From Dehalococcoidia bacterium (GTDB lineage: Bacteria; Chloroflexota; Dehalococcoidia; Dehalococcoidales; UBA1222), in contig WRHS01000001.1 in NCBI GenBank assembly GCA_009783135.1, positions 1-45,360 of the forward strand: DNA of 45,360 nucleotides, read 5' to 3'. Made by a program: the position numbers and the translations under genes. This document shows, in pieces, positions 11,321 through 21,317 of the stretch (the first letter of the stretch is position 1; the number at the start of each line of letters is the position of its first letter). Below the pieces are notes generated by a model. That model was not told the origin of the DNA, searched no databases, and saw nothing but the letters and a program-made list of their open reading frames with translations.

Positions 11321-12328
11321 TTAGTCGAGAATAACCCTCTGCTTGCATTGCAGCGGTGTTATGCGCCCGATTTGTATAACGTTCGGTAAGCATCGGCGCA
11401 GTTCATCAGCGGTTTCTGGTGAGGCGATAATAACCATGCCGATACCCATGTTGAAAACGCGATACATCTCGTCTTTTGTAATTTGTCCACGTTCCTGAAT
11501 TAATTTGAAAATAGGCGGCACATCCCATGCGGACGTGTCAAAATGTGCCGTGAAATTCTCCGGCATGATGCGCGGCACATTGCCTGAAAAACCGCCGCCG
11601 GTGATATGCGCCAGACCTTTTATCAAAGACAGCAAAGGCTTTAATTCCTTGAAGTAGCATTTGTGCGGCACAAGGAGGGCTTGCCAAAGGGTTTGTCCGA
11701 GTTCGGGGTAGAACTTATTCAACGATTGTAGGTCCTCGCCGAGCACATGCCGTGCCAGTGAGTATCCATTGGTATGCAATCCGCTGGACGGCAATCCCAG
11801 AATGATATCGCCGGAGGTTATTTCACGCCCATTGATAATACTATCCTTTTCAACAACGCCGACGATAGTACCCACAAGATCAAAATCAGCCCCGGCATAC
11901 AACCCCGGCATTTCAGCGGTTTCTCCGCCGATGAGGGCACAACCTACCTCTTGACATGCGCTGGACAAACCTTTGACAACATCCCGTATCTTTTCAGGTA
12001 ACAACTGCCCCATAGCTATGTAGTCCAGGAAGAAAAGGGGTGTGGCACCGCACGTAAGAATATCATTGACAGAGTGGTTGACAATGTCCATGCCAACGCT
12101 GTCATAACTGTCCATAGTGACTGCGAGTTTAAGCTTCGTTCCCACTCCGTCCACGCTGGAAACCAGCACAGGGTTCTTGTAGCCTTTTAACTCAAACATC
12201 CCGCCGAATAAACCCGGGCCTGCCAATACACCACTGGTGAAGCTGGCATGCGCCAACTGTTTGACCTCATCTTTGATTGAGTCTGCAACATCAATGCTAA
12301 CGCCTGCCTCGGCATATTTGTCGTCCAT
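11321..12328 (-). CDS. purM: Phosphoribosylformylglycinamidine cyclo-ligase (AIR synthetase)
   Basis: Contains YAEAGVSID, SVDGVGTK and HITGGG motifs. Length is 335 aa. Confidence 0.97.
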   Translation of the reverse strand: MDDKYAEAGVSIDVADSIKDEVKQLAHASFTSGVLAGPGLFGGMFELKGYKNPVLVSSVDGVGTKLKLAVTMDSYDSVGMDIVNHSVNDILTCGATPLFFLDYIAMGQLLPEKIRDVVKGLSSACQEVGCALIGGETAEMPGLYAGADFDLVGTIVGVVEKDSIINGREITSGDIILGLPSSGLHTNGYSLARHVLGEDLQSLNKFYPELGQTLWQALLVPHKCYFKELKPLLSLIKGLAHITGGGFSGNVPRIMPENFTAHFDTSAWDVPPIFKLIQERGQITKDEMYRVFNMGIGMVIIASPETADELRRCLPNVIQIGRITPLQCKQRVILD

Positions 12329-12382
12329 AATAGTCCTCTTAAATCAACCAAATTTTGAAGGAAGTAGTTGCTAAAAGCAATG

Positions 12383-12586
12383 CTACTTCCTGCATCGTTT
12401 GTTGCCAACAGCGGTCAAGGGGGCCAATGCCAGCCAAAGGGTGATATTAACCAGCATGGCATTACCATAGCTAAGAGTAAAGCCGAGTTGTAATCTGCTG
12501 GCAATAACGCCCCACAGCAGCATCAAAAACCACGAACTGAGAAAAAAACCGGGGATAGCAGCTAAAATGCGGAAATAACCACTCAT
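12383..12586 (-). CDS. Small hypothetical membrane protein between purF and purM
   Basis: The start MSGYFRILAAIPGFFLSSWFLMLLWGV is preceded by GGAGGAG. The protein has two hydrophobic helices and no recognisable family. Confidence 0.4.
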   Translation of the reverse strand: MSGYFRILAAIPGFFLSSWFLMLLWGVIASRLQLGFTLSYGNAMLVNITLWLALAPLTAVGNKRCRK

Positions 12587-12752
12587 AACATACTCCTCCA
12601 TCTTGTTTTGCCGACCAAGCATATGATAGCACTTTGCAGAAAAAAGGTTCAATTATAACAGGCAGTGTTGACAAAGCCAACGTGCCTGAAACTGAAAATA
12701 TTGTTAGGTGTGATTTTGCAGTAACTTAGGTGCAGGGAAACATTTGAGCCCA

Positions 12753-14144
12753 TCAGCCATTTTCATGCTGCAACTTGTCCATCTCCAGCTGAACAGGCAT
12801 GGGGTAATCGCCGGTAAAACAGGCCAGACAGAAACGATTGTTTGGCAACCCTGTGGCCTTGACCAGCCCATCTAAGCTGAGATAACCCAGCGAGTCGGCG
12901 CCGATGTAATCGCGGATTTCCGCAATGTTCTTATGCGTTGCAATCAATTCCCGTTTGGTGGCCATATCAACCCCCATAAAACAGGGGAAGCAGAGTGGTG
13001 GGGAGCAGACGCGCATATGCACTTCCTTGGCGCCACTTTTGCGCAGCAGGCGGATGACCTGCGGCGTTGTAGTGCCGCGCACAATGCTATCGTCTACCAG
13101 TACGATACGTTTGCTTTCCAGCAACTGACGCATAGGGTTGAATTTTAGCTTCACTCCAAGGTCGCGAAGGCGCTGATCCGGTGCGATAAAAGTGCGACCG
13201 GTGTAATGGTTTTTTACGAGTCCCATACCCAGCGGGATGCCGGAGCGAGTGGCGTATCCGACAGCGGCGGGGGTGGCAGAATCCGGCACGCCGACCACGA
13301 GGTCGGCATCTACAGGGTATTCCTCTGCCAGTCTGGCGCCCATGGCGCTACGCGTTTCGTATATCAGCCGATTATTAATTATGCTGTCAGGACGGGCGAA
13401 ATAGATATACTCAAAAATGCACAAAGCATGCTTAGGGGACTCCTCTTTGTAACTCCTAAGCCTGCCGGCGTCAATAACTACGATTTCACCGGGTTCAATT
13501 TCGCGCACGAAACAAGCGCCAATGTGGTCCAGCGCGCAGCTTTCAGACGATAGAACCCAACTTTCATCCCCCATTTTACCAAGGCACAACGGACGGACGC
13601 CCAGCGGGTCACGCACTCCGAAAAGTGTGTCAGTGGTCATCAGTGTCAAAGAATAGGCTCCCTGCAAACGACGCATGCTTTGGCGGATACGGGAAATCCA
13701 GTCCTTTTCTGTAGATGACAGAATGAGATTGGTGATGACCTCAGCGTCAGTGGTGGTATTGAATGTGTAGCCATTGTCGCACAATTCTTTCATGAGCGGT
13801 TGAGTGTTTGTGATATTGCCGTTATGAGCTATGGCAATGGTGTTTTCGTCGTTGCCAACCACCAGTGGCTGAGCGTTGCAGATACGAGACGATCCGGTTG
13901 TGGAATAGCGGTTATGTCCGATAGCGATATGCCCTGTGAGATTGGAAAGGGATTCCTCGTCAAATACCTGTGAAACCAGTCCCATACGGGCGAATGACTG
14001 AACGCGTTTGCCATCAGATGTGGCGATACCAGCACTTTCCTGCCCGCGGTGTTGCAGGGCGAAAAGTGCGAAATAGGTAAGCCGAGCTAAATCTTCACTT
14101 TTGGAGTAAATCCCGAAGACACCGCAAGCCTCATGCAAATTCAT
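12753..14144 (-). CDS. purF: Amidophosphoribosyltransferase (glutamine PRPP amidotransferase), Fe-S type with short propeptide
   Basis: Starts MNLHEA-CGVFGIY, placing the catalytic Cys after a 6-aa propeptide. It has a PRTase motif (VLVDDSIVRGTT) and C-terminal Cys ligands (CSPPLCFPCFMG, CLACFTG). Confidence 0.97.
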   Translation of the reverse strand: MNLHEACGVFGIYSKSEDLARLTYFALFALQHRGQESAGIATSDGKRVQSFARMGLVSQVFDEESLSNLTGHIAIGHNRYSTTGSSRICNAQPLVVGNDENTIAIAHNGNITNTQPLMKELCDNGYTFNTTTDAEVITNLILSSTEKDWISRIRQSMRRLQGAYSLTLMTTDTLFGVRDPLGVRPLCLGKMGDESWVLSSESCALDHIGACFVREIEPGEIVVIDAGRLRSYKEESPKHALCIFEYIYFARPDSIINNRLIYETRSAMGARLAEEYPVDADLVVGVPDSATPAAVGYATRSGIPLGMGLVKNHYTGRTFIAPDQRLRDLGVKLKFNPMRQLLESKRIVLVDDSIVRGTTTPQVIRLLRKSGAKEVHMRVCSPPLCFPCFMGVDMATKRELIATHKNIAEIRDYIGADSLGYLSLDGLVKATGLPNNRFCLACFTGDYPMPVQLEMDKLQHENG

Positions 14145-14177
14145 ATCTTATAAAACGTTTCTTGTAAACTGGGGCAC

Positions 14178-14206
14178 ATTATAGCGCAAAATATTTTCCC
14201 CTGCAA
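14178..14206 (-). promoter_or_regulatory. Candidate promoter of the purF-purM-purH operon
   Basis: The minus strand reads TTGCAG, 17-nt spacer, TATAAT, ending about 33 nt upstream of the purF ATG. The leader is too short for a purine riboswitch. Confidence 0.5.
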
Positions 14207-14226
14207 AAATGTTTTTGTGTGCGGGA

Positions 14227-14829
14227 TTATATTCCCAACCATTGAAATAAACTGCGCAACCCGAAATACCCTGCGTAGGCAATAATGCTGCATTTGATAA
14301 ACTTGCCGGCAAAAGTAATCAGGTAATATTTTTTTAAACCAAAACGTGATGCACCGCAGGTCAGTGCCGCAGGGAAAAAGAAAGGGTTCATCAATGCCGA
14401 CAGGATGAACATCACCAGTGCCCCGCGTCGTTGCATTAATCTCATCAGCCACTGATAAATCCTAATAAAACGCCCTGAGCGCCCCTTGATGAATTTATCG
14501 GATATGCCGGTGCCCCCGCTGTAACCCGCGGCGTAGATGCTGAGAGCACCGGTTGCCTCTCCGAATGAGCAGACCAATCCTACGAACAGCGGCCCCAACC
14601 AAAGCGGGCCAAACCATGGAAGCAGGATGCCTCCGAGTGTAAACTGTACCGCAGCCATGGGAATGGGCACAAACCAAGTGCTGCAGCCCAGAGCGCTCAC
14701 GATTAGCCCGCCGACGTAGCCATAACCGGCCATTTGGTCCACAGAGTGCCAGTTAAGCACCATTAAAAGCGCCAAGCCGAAAGTGATGAGTACGGCGAGC
14801 GCTCCCACCCAGTACTCCCACTTCCGCAA
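14227..14829 (-). CDS. Putative DedA / VTT-domain (TVP38-like) membrane protein
   Basis: 200-aa polytopic protein with a TTG start. The glycine-rich re-entrant-like segments and a C-terminal P..AG.SR.....F.....GK pattern resemble the DedA/TVP38 family. The assignment is by eye only. Confidence 0.55.
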   Translation of the reverse strand: MRKWEYWVGALAVLITFGLALLMVLNWHSVDQMAGYGYVGGLIVSALGCSTWFVPIPMAAVQFTLGGILLPWFGPLWLGPLFVGLVCSFGEATGALSIYAAGYSGGTGISDKFIKGRSGRFIRIYQWLMRLMQRRGALVMFILSALMNPFFFPAALTCGASRFGLKKYYLITFAGKFIKCSIIAYAGYFGLRSLFQWLGI

Positions 14830-14882
14830 CAGGCGTTTTATCCGGCTTTGGCTTGGTTGACTATCCTGATTGTCCGTAATTA

Positions 14883-17366
14883 TTACTCCTGAGTTTTGGA
14901 TGCAGAACGCCGCGGTTTTTTAACCGCGTTGGTTCCGTGAGTGCTGAATATCAGTCCATCTTCGCCGCAGTCTACAGTTATGGTTTCATATTCCTTAAAT
15001 TCGCCTTTTAACAGACTGTTGGCCAATGGATTTTCCACGTACCGCTCAATAGAGCGGCGCAACGGACGTGCGCCATAAGCCGGGTCATAACCAACTTTTA
15101 CCAACCAGTTTTTAGCTGCATCGGTTATGTTGATGCCAAGCTTGCGTTCCTCCAGCCTCTTTTGCAAATCCTTTATCATTAGTTCCACGATTTGAGCTAA
15201 CTGCTCCTCGCTCAATTCGTGGAAAACGATTATATCGTCGATGCGGTTGATGAACTCAGGGCGAAAAACCTTACGCACCTCTGTCATCACCTTCTCTTTC
15301 ATGCGCTCATAGGCGTTTTTACGCGTTTGCTCATCGTCTTTTTGTGTTACAAATCCCAGCGCTGATTCGCGGCGGATAAGGGCAACTCCGGCGTTTGATG
15401 TCATGATGATAATGGCGTTTTTGAAATCCACCGTATGTCCATGGCTGTCGGTCATACGCCCGTCATCCAGCACCTGCAAAAGGCTATTGTAAACCTCCGG
15501 ATGCGCTTTTTCGATTTCATCCAAGAGGATGACGCTGTATGGGCGGCGCCGGACAGCTTCCGTGAGTTGTCCCCCTTCGTCAAACCCGACGTAGCCTGGG
15601 GGTGAGCCGATAAGCCGCGACACGGTATGCTTTTCCTGGTATTCCGACATGTCCAGCCTGATCATGGCATTTTCATCCCCGAAAAGAAACCAAGCCAGCG
15701 AGCGCGCCAGTTCAGTCTTGCCAACGCCTGTAGGGCCAAGGAACATAAAGCTGCCGATAGGGCGTTTAGGATCCTTAAGTCCGGCTCTCCCGCGGCGAAT
15801 AGCCTCAGAAACTGCATTGACGGCCTCTTCCTGGTTAATCATCCGCTCGTGCAGACTTTCCTCCATATGCAGCAGTTTCTGTGATTCCCCTTCTAGTATG
15901 TGGGACACAGGAACGCCGGTCCATTTAGCCACAAGATTGGCGATGTCGCTTTCTGTGACTTCCGGCTTGATTTTCTCGCGTTCAAGCCATGCTTTGCGTT
16001 TTTGGTTATATTCGGTCTCAGTGCGCAGTTTTTCAGCTTTCAGCTCGGCGGCGCGGTCGTATTCCTGTTGTTGGGCCGCACTGTCCTCGTCTGAAATAAG
16101 TGCTTTTAGCTTGTCTCCCAAGGCTTTTATATCCGGAGGGGCACTTTCTGTTTCCAGACGGATTTTACTGGCAGACTCATCCATTAGGTCGATGGCTTTA
16201 TCCGGAAGATGCCTGTCGGCGATATAGCGTTGGCTTAGCTTGACGGCAGCTTCAATGGCGGCGTCGCTGATTTTAATTTTGTGGTGCTCTTCATAGCGCG
16301 GACGCAAGCCGCGTAGTATGTCGATGCTGGCTGTAATAGAAGGCTCGTCCGCATAGACCGGTTGCAGACGACGTTCCAAAGCCTTATCTTTTTCAATAAA
16401 CTTGCGGTACTCATCCAGCGTGGTAGCACCGATGGCGCGCAGCTCCCCGCGGGCCAAGGCCGGCTTAAGCATATTTGAGGCATCGATAGAGCCCTCTGCG
16501 GCACCGGCGCCAACTACGGTATGCATTTCGTCTATGAAGAGGATGATTTCGCCTTGCGCCTGACGTACCTCGTCCATAACAGATTTCAGTCGTTCCTCAA
16601 ATTCACCGCGGAACTTGCTCCCTGCCACCAAAGAACCCATATCCAGAGCCATCACTTTTTTGCCCAATAGAGACTCAGGCACGTCGCCGTCGGCGATACG
16701 CTGTGCCACGCCTTCGGCTATGGCCGTCTTTCCCACGCCGGCTTCCCCAACAATGATGGGGTTATTCTTGGTGCGCCGTGAGAGGATTTGCATAACGCGA
16801 CGTACCTCTTCGTTACGTCCTATTACAGGGTCTAATTTGCCTTGGCGTGCCATTTCGGTGAGGTCCCGGCTGTATTTGGTCAGGGAACGGTAATGGCTTT
16901 CTGCGTCGGCATCGGTGACGCGGCGACTACCGCGAATTTTTTGAAGCGCGGCATAGATTTTTTCCTGGTCAATGCCATGAATCTTAAGTATAAAAGCGCT
17001 CTGCCCGCGTTGTTCGGTGGCTATGGCGATAAACAGATGCTCCGTTCCGATAAATTCGTCTTTTAGACGGGAGGCCTCCTGTGATGCTGCCATTATCACG
17101 CTATTGATGCGCGGTGTGGCGTAAATTTGCTGTGTCTGGTAGCCGAGTTTTGGTGAGCGGTTGAGGGCGTTATCTACATCGGAGCGAATGCTGTCTATGT
17201 CAAGCCCCAACTCTTTTATGATTTCGCGTACCAGACCTCTTTCCTGTGTAAGCAGTGCCATAAACAGATGCTCCACATCCATTTGGCTATGGTGATATTG
17301 CATGACCAATTGCTGCGATAGGTTTAGTGCTTCCTGGGCCTGTTCGGTATATTTGTCTTGTCTCAT
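14883..17366 (-). CDS. clpB: ATP-dependent disaggregase ClpB
   Basis: 827 aa. It has a Clp_N repeat, two Walker A sites (GEAGVGKT and GPTGVGKT) and a long coiled-coil middle domain between the two AAA+ modules. Confidence 0.97.
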   Translation of the reverse strand: MRQDKYTEQAQEALNLSQQLVMQYHHSQMDVEHLFMALLTQERGLVREIIKELGLDIDSIRSDVDNALNRSPKLGYQTQQIYATPRINSVIMAASQEASRLKDEFIGTEHLFIAIATEQRGQSAFILKIHGIDQEKIYAALQKIRGSRRVTDADAESHYRSLTKYSRDLTEMARQGKLDPVIGRNEEVRRVMQILSRRTKNNPIIVGEAGVGKTAIAEGVAQRIADGDVPESLLGKKVMALDMGSLVAGSKFRGEFEERLKSVMDEVRQAQGEIILFIDEMHTVVGAGAAEGSIDASNMLKPALARGELRAIGATTLDEYRKFIEKDKALERRLQPVYADEPSITASIDILRGLRPRYEEHHKIKISDAAIEAAVKLSQRYIADRHLPDKAIDLMDESASKIRLETESAPPDIKALGDKLKALISDEDSAAQQQEYDRAAELKAEKLRTETEYNQKRKAWLEREKIKPEVTESDIANLVAKWTGVPVSHILEGESQKLLHMEESLHERMINQEEAVNAVSEAIRRGRAGLKDPKRPIGSFMFLGPTGVGKTELARSLAWFLFGDENAMIRLDMSEYQEKHTVSRLIGSPPGYVGFDEGGQLTEAVRRRPYSVILLDEIEKAHPEVYNSLLQVLDDGRMTDSHGHTVDFKNAIIIMTSNAGVALIRRESALGFVTQKDDEQTRKNAYERMKEKVMTEVRKVFRPEFINRIDDIIVFHELSEEQLAQIVELMIKDLQKRLEERKLGINITDAAKNWLVKVGYDPAYGARPLRRSIERYVENPLANSLLKGEFKEYETITVDCGEDGLIFSTHGTNAVKKPRRSASKTQE

Positions 17367-17374
17367 GGTTTTCT

Positions 17375-17692
17375 CTATTCCTGCCTATATTGGTTTAATT
17401 TTTGCAACAGAATGGTATTTGCGTGTTGCAGTTCTATGATTTGGTTGCTCATGCGCATGATGACCTCTACGCCTGCGAGGTTAACCCCAAGGTCGTACAT
17501 CAAAGTCATCACGCGGCGCAGCTGCATTAAGTCGTCATCGGAATAAAGCCTGAGATTGCCGCCTGAGCGTGCTGGCTTAATAATTCCTACCCGCTCATAA
17601 TAGCGCAGGGTATAAGGCTGTGTGCCCAGCATTTCTGCGGCTACACTGATGACATAACGCGGTCGATTGGTTTCGGGTTTGTTTTTGTGCAT
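17375..17692 (-). CDS. hspR: MerR-family heat-shock repressor HspR
   Basis: 105 aa. Contains YVISVAAEMLGTQPYTLRYYERVGIIKPARSGGNLRLYSDDDL. It sits between dnaJ and clpB, as in known hspR operons. Confidence 0.85.
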   Translation of the reverse strand: MHKNKPETNRPRYVISVAAEMLGTQPYTLRYYERVGIIKPARSGGNLRLYSDDDLMQLRRVMTLMYDLGVNLAGVEVIMRMSNQIIELQHANTILLQKLNQYRQE

Positions 17693-17712
17693 AATGCATT
17701 ACCTCGTTTACC

Positions 17713-18708
17713 TTACTCAGCGCGCAGACGGCGCAGGCGGGAAAAGAGTTCCCTTTCTTCACTACTCAGATTGAGCGGCAAAACAACATTCATCTTGGCC
17801 AGCAAATCGCCACGATTTCCCTTGCCCAAATGAGGCATGCCTTGTCCTGTCAGGCGGAACGTGCGTCCATTCTGTGTTTCCGGAGGTATTTTTAACTCCA
17901 GTTTGCCGCTGAGAGTAGGTACTTCTATTTCACCGCCCAGCATAGCAACGCTCAGCGGTAACGCCACGGTAGTTAATAGGTCGTCTTCGTGTCGCTCAAA
18001 GCTGCCGTGTGCGCGTATGCTTATCAGCAGGTACAGGTCGCCGGCAGGTCCTCCATGGCCGGACGCTCCCTGTCCGGCTATACGCACACGCGAGCCGGTT
18101 TTAACGCCGGTGGGGATTTTGACTTCCAATTGGCGCATGCGCAATATCGCACCCGACCCTTGACAGGCTTGACAGATGCTTTTGTTCACTCGCCCCGTGC
18201 CGCTGCATGTTATGCAAATATCATCGGTCTGCAGATTGAGCAGGCGGTTTGTGCCGCCGAAAGCCTCCTCCAGTGTAATTTCTACAGGGTGTTCTATATC
18301 CTGCCCGCGCCGTGGTTGTGCGCGGCGGCTGCGCGCACCGCCGAACAGATTGGCGAAGAGATTGTCCATGCCGTCGGTGCTGGTAAATTGAGTATGGCCC
18401 TGTCCGCCGCCGAAATTGAACTGGCTGAAATCAAATCCCGCCCCTGAGGTGCCTTGTCCGCTTTGCTGTTTAAACTGCTCGGCATATTCCCAATTCTCTC
18501 CGAACTGGTCATATTTTTTGCGTTTTTGAGCATCTGAAAGCACCTCGTATGCCTGGTTAATTTCCTTGAACTTCTCCTCGGAGGCTTTGTTGCCCGGATT
18601 GACGTCAGGATGGTACTTGCGTGCCAGCTTGCGAAAAGCGTCTTTAATATCTTTTTCGCTGGCTCCGCGGCTGACTCCCAGAGTGTTATAGTAATCTTTG
18701 CCTGCCAT
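17713..18708 (-). CDS. dnaJ: DnaJ-class co-chaperone (J domain, G/F region, reduced zinc finger)
   Basis: Starts [12 protein letters not shown] and carries the KYHPD motif. Only two CxxCxGxG motifs are present (CITCSGTG and CQACQGSG) instead of four. The start at 18708 is preceded by GGGAGGTG; the ORF-track GTG start lies inside that RBS. Confidence 0.9.
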   Translation of the reverse strand: MAGKDYYNTLGVSRGASEKDIKDAFRKLARKYHPDVNPGNKASEEKFKEINQAYEVLSDAQKRKKYDQFGENWEYAEQFKQQSGQGTSGAGFDFSQFNFGGGQGHTQFTSTDGMDNLFANLFGGARSRRAQPRRGQDIEHPVEITLEEAFGGTNRLLNLQTDDICITCSGTGRVNKSICQACQGSGAILRMRQLEVKIPTGVKTGSRVRIAGQGASGHGGPAGDLYLLISIRAHGSFERHEDDLLTTVALPLSVAMLGGEIEVPTLSGKLELKIPPETQNGRTFRLTGQGMPHLGKGNRGDLLAKMNVVLPLNLSSEERELFSRLRRLRAE

Positions 18709-18751
18709 AATTTTCACCTCCCGAATACCATACGGGGTGATTTGTCATGAA

Positions 18752-18781
18752 ATTATAATATGATATCATAATATCTGTCAA
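18752..18781 (-). promoter_or_regulatory. dnaJ-hspR-clpB promoter with a 20-bp AT-rich palindrome in the spacer (candidate operator)
   Basis: The minus strand reads TTGACA (18781-18776), 18-nt spacer, TATAAT (18757-18752). The palindrome ATAATATGAT|ATCATAATAT (18755-18774, 9 of 10 positions matched) fills the spacer. Confidence 0.5.
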
Positions 18782-18825
18782 CTGTTAGCCAATAATATTA
18801 ATAAACAAATGTTAAACAAGGCTTG

Positions 18826-18855
18826 TTGACATTATGCTTTGAAGCCGTTTATAAT
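18826..18855 (+). promoter_or_regulatory. Candidate pyrG promoter (divergent from dnaJ)
   Basis: TTGACA (18826-18831), 18-nt spacer, TATAAT (18850-18855). This leaves a leader of about 105 nt before the ATG at 18967. Confidence 0.5.
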
Positions 18856-18966
18856 GGGGAACATAAGAGTTTCACAACTTTGTAGCTTGTACGGTTCTTG
18901 CCGTCGCGGTATTTCCAAGATAAAGACTTTGAAAGTTTCATTAATGTTGTCAAGACGATTGCTTAT

Positions 18967-20607
18967 ATGACGAAGTACATCTTTGTAACAGGCGGAGTTG
19001 TCAGTTCGGTGGGCAAAGGAATTACGGTGGCCTCCATCGGCACCTTGCTCAAAAGCCGTGGTCTTAAGGTTTCCGTTCAGAAGCTGGATCCTTACCTTAA
19101 TGTTGATCCTGCCACGATGTCACCCTATCAGCATGGCGAGGTGTTTGTCACCAAAGACGGCGCCGAAACAGACCTTGACGTAGGCAACTACGAGCGCTTT
19201 ATTGATATTGAACTTACGACTGAGTCGGATATTACCTCAGGGCAGATTTACAGTGCAGTTATTGCCAGAGAGCGCCGCGGGGATTTCCTTGGCGGCACAA
19301 TTCAAGTTATTCCGCATGTCACGGGAGAAATCAAGGAACATTTCAAGAAGATAGCTGTCGACTCGGGTGCCGATGTTGTACTTGTTGAGGTCGGCGGTAC
19401 GGTGGGTGATATTGAGTGTCAACCGTTTTTGGAAGCCATCCGACAGATGCGCAATGACATAGGACGGGACAATGTACTGTACTTACATGTGACATTGCTT
19501 CCGTATATTGCATCAACCAAAGAACTTAAAACCAAGCCGGTTCAGCACAGCGTCAACGAGTTGCGCCGCATGGGTATCCAGCCGGATATCATAGCCTGCC
19601 GCGCTGACTATCCAATCTCAGATGGTATACGCGACAAAATTTCGCTCTTTTGTGACGTTGAGCGCCAGGCGGTTATTCCACTAACGACAGTTTCCAGTGT
19701 TTATGAGGTGCCTTTGGTGTTGGAGAAAGAGGGTATTGGAAATCTGGTGGTACAACGTCTGGGGCTGAGTGCCGCCGCACCTGAGTTGAGTTGCTGGCAG
19801 CATATAGCCAGCTGCAACGACGGCTGTGAGCAATCGGTGAGTATCGCGGTGGTGGGAAAGTATGTAGAACTTGAGGATGCATACTACTCAACGCGGGAGG
19901 CATTGCGCCATGCCGGGCTGCAGCACAACCGCAAAATAGATATTTCTTGGGTGCAGGCTGATGGCTTGGAAAAGAACAATGATATTGAAAGCAAACTACG
20001 CGGCGTACAGGGAATTGTTGCACCGGGAGGATTTGGTGCCCGCGGCGTGGACGGCGTGATTAGAGCTGCCGCATATGCCCGTGAAAATAATATCCCCTAT
20101 TTGGGTCTGTGTTTGGGCATGCAGATGATGATTGTCGAGTTTGCCCGCTTTGTGCTGAAATCTGATAAAGTACATTCGGCAGAGTTTGCCGCGGATACCC
20201 CGTATCCCGTAATCCATCTGCTGTCAGGGCAGCCAGCGGCGGATAGTAATGGCGGTGTTATGAGGCTGGGTAATTATCCCTGCTATCTGCTGCCGGGGAC
20301 GCGGGTAGCACAGGCTTATGGAGAAGATGTTAGCATAGTGTTGGAACGTCACCGCCATCGCTTTGAGTTTAATAACGATTACCGCCAGCAGTTGGAAGAG
20401 GCAGGGTTGGTCTTTAGCGGCTTTTCGCCTGACGGACAGCTGGTGGAGGTTTGTGAGTTGAGCGATCATCCCTGGATGGTCGGCTGCCACTTCCATGCTG
20501 AGTTCCGTTCCCGTCCCAACCGCCCGCATCCATTGTTTTGCGGGCTTGTGGGCGCGGCAAAGAATGTGATGCGCGAGGGCTCGCAGCCGACCCTTCCGCT
20601 TGATTAA
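18967..20607 (+). CDS. pyrG: CTP synthase
   Basis: Starts MTKYIFVTGGVVSSVGKG and has the GATase motif GLCLGMQ. I placed the start at the ATG at 18967, because the ORF-track start at 18898 is a TTG lying upstream of the conserved N-terminus. Confidence 0.97.
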   Translation: MTKYIFVTGGVVSSVGKGITVASIGTLLKSRGLKVSVQKLDPYLNVDPATMSPYQHGEVFVTKDGAETDLDVGNYERFIDIELTTESDITSGQIYSAVIARERRGDFLGGTIQVIPHVTGEIKEHFKKIAVDSGADVVLVEVGGTVGDIECQPFLEAIRQMRNDIGRDNVLYLHVTLLPYIASTKELKTKPVQHSVNELRRMGIQPDIIACRADYPISDGIRDKISLFCDVERQAVIPLTTVSSVYEVPLVLEKEGIGNLVVQRLGLSAAAPELSCWQHIASCNDGCEQSVSIAVVGKYVELEDAYYSTREALRHAGLQHNRKIDISWVQADGLEKNNDIESKLRGVQGIVAPGGFGARGVDGVIRAAAYARENNIPYLGLCLGMQMMIVEFARFVLKSDKVHSAEFAADTPYPVIHLLSGQPAADSNGGVMRLGNYPCYLLPGTRVAQAYGEDVSIVLERHRHRFEFNNDYRQQLEEAGLVFSGFSPDGQLVEVCELSDHPWMVGCHFHAEFRSRPNRPHPLFCGLVGAAKNVMREGSQPTLPLD

Positions 20608-20622
20608 CGAGGAGGTAAAGGC

Positions 20623-21279
20623 ATGCGATTATTTTTGGATACGGCCAATATCGAGCGGATACGCCAGGGAGTCAGGTGGGGTGTTGTAAGCGGTGTTACC
20701 ACCAATCCTACGTTGGTAGCCCAAGAGGGCAGGAAAGACTATCAGCTTGTGGTCAAGGAAATATGCTCCATAGTTGACGGACCGGTTTCTGCCGAGGTGG
20801 TTGTAGAGGGTGTGGATGACATGATATCCCAGGCACGCAGTATTGCGGCGTGGCATCCCAATGTAGTGGTGAAAATTCCTGCCACGCCGGATGGTTTGGA
20901 GGTTACCTCCAGGCTGTCACGCGAGGGCATCAGGGTCAATATGACCCTTTGTTTTTCTGCAAATCAGGCACTTCTTGCGGCGCTTGCCGGAGCCGCCTTT
21001 GTCAGTCCGTTTGTAGGGCGTCTGGATGATATCGGGCAGGATGGCATGGCATTGGTGAAGTCCATTATGGACACATATAAGGAATACGATTTTGACACAG
21101 AGGTCATTGCTGCCAGCATAAGACACCCCATGCACTGCGTAGCTGCTGCCCAAGCGGGGGCAGACATAGCCACAATACCATTTAACGTGCTGGAGCAGAT
21201 GATAAAGCATCCCATGACTGATGCAGGCAATGCACGCTTCTTGGCAGACTGGCATCGTGTGGACGGTCAAAACAAATAA
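20623..21279 (+). CDS. Fructose-6-phosphate aldolase / short (type 3B) transaldolase
   Basis: 218 aa. Starts [13 protein letters not shown], contains GVTTNPTL and has the Schiff-base lysine context VVVKIPAT. Confidence 0.9.
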   Translation: MRLFLDTANIERIRQGVRWGVVSGVTTNPTLVAQEGRKDYQLVVKEICSIVDGPVSAEVVVEGVDDMISQARSIAAWHPNVVVKIPATPDGLEVTSRLSREGIRVNMTLCFSANQALLAALAGAAFVSPFVGRLDDIGQDGMALVKSIMDTYKEYDFDTEVIAASIRHPMHCVAAAQAGADIATIPFNVLEQMIKHPMTDAGNARFLADWHRVDGQNK

Positions 21280-21317
21280 TACGCTTATCCAATGACACGG
21301 AGGGACAAGGAACACAT

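Noticed and set aside
14141-14452. Tracked 103-aa minus-strand ORF overlapping the DedA-like gene and the purF promoter.
   Set aside because: It is in an alternative frame of a better-supported membrane-protein gene, it spans the predicted pur promoter and it resembles no known family.
18718-18900. Search for a canonical HAIR element (CTTGAGT-N7-ACTCAAG) upstream of dnaJ-hspR-clpB.
   Set aside because: No TTGAGT or ACTCAA half-sites are present in this region. Only the AT-rich palindrome reported as a finding is there.
18898-18966. The ORF-track N-terminal extension of pyrG (MPSRYFQDKDFESFINVVKTIAY), with similar extensions at tsaD (5739-5756), dnaJ (18709-18717), the MBL gene (27358-27375), dut (33479-33502) and the lipoprotein (42564-42596).
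   Set aside because: The conserved family N-termini begin at the internal Met codons, several of which have clear GGAG-type RBSs. The upstream starts are non-ATG or lie within the RBS.
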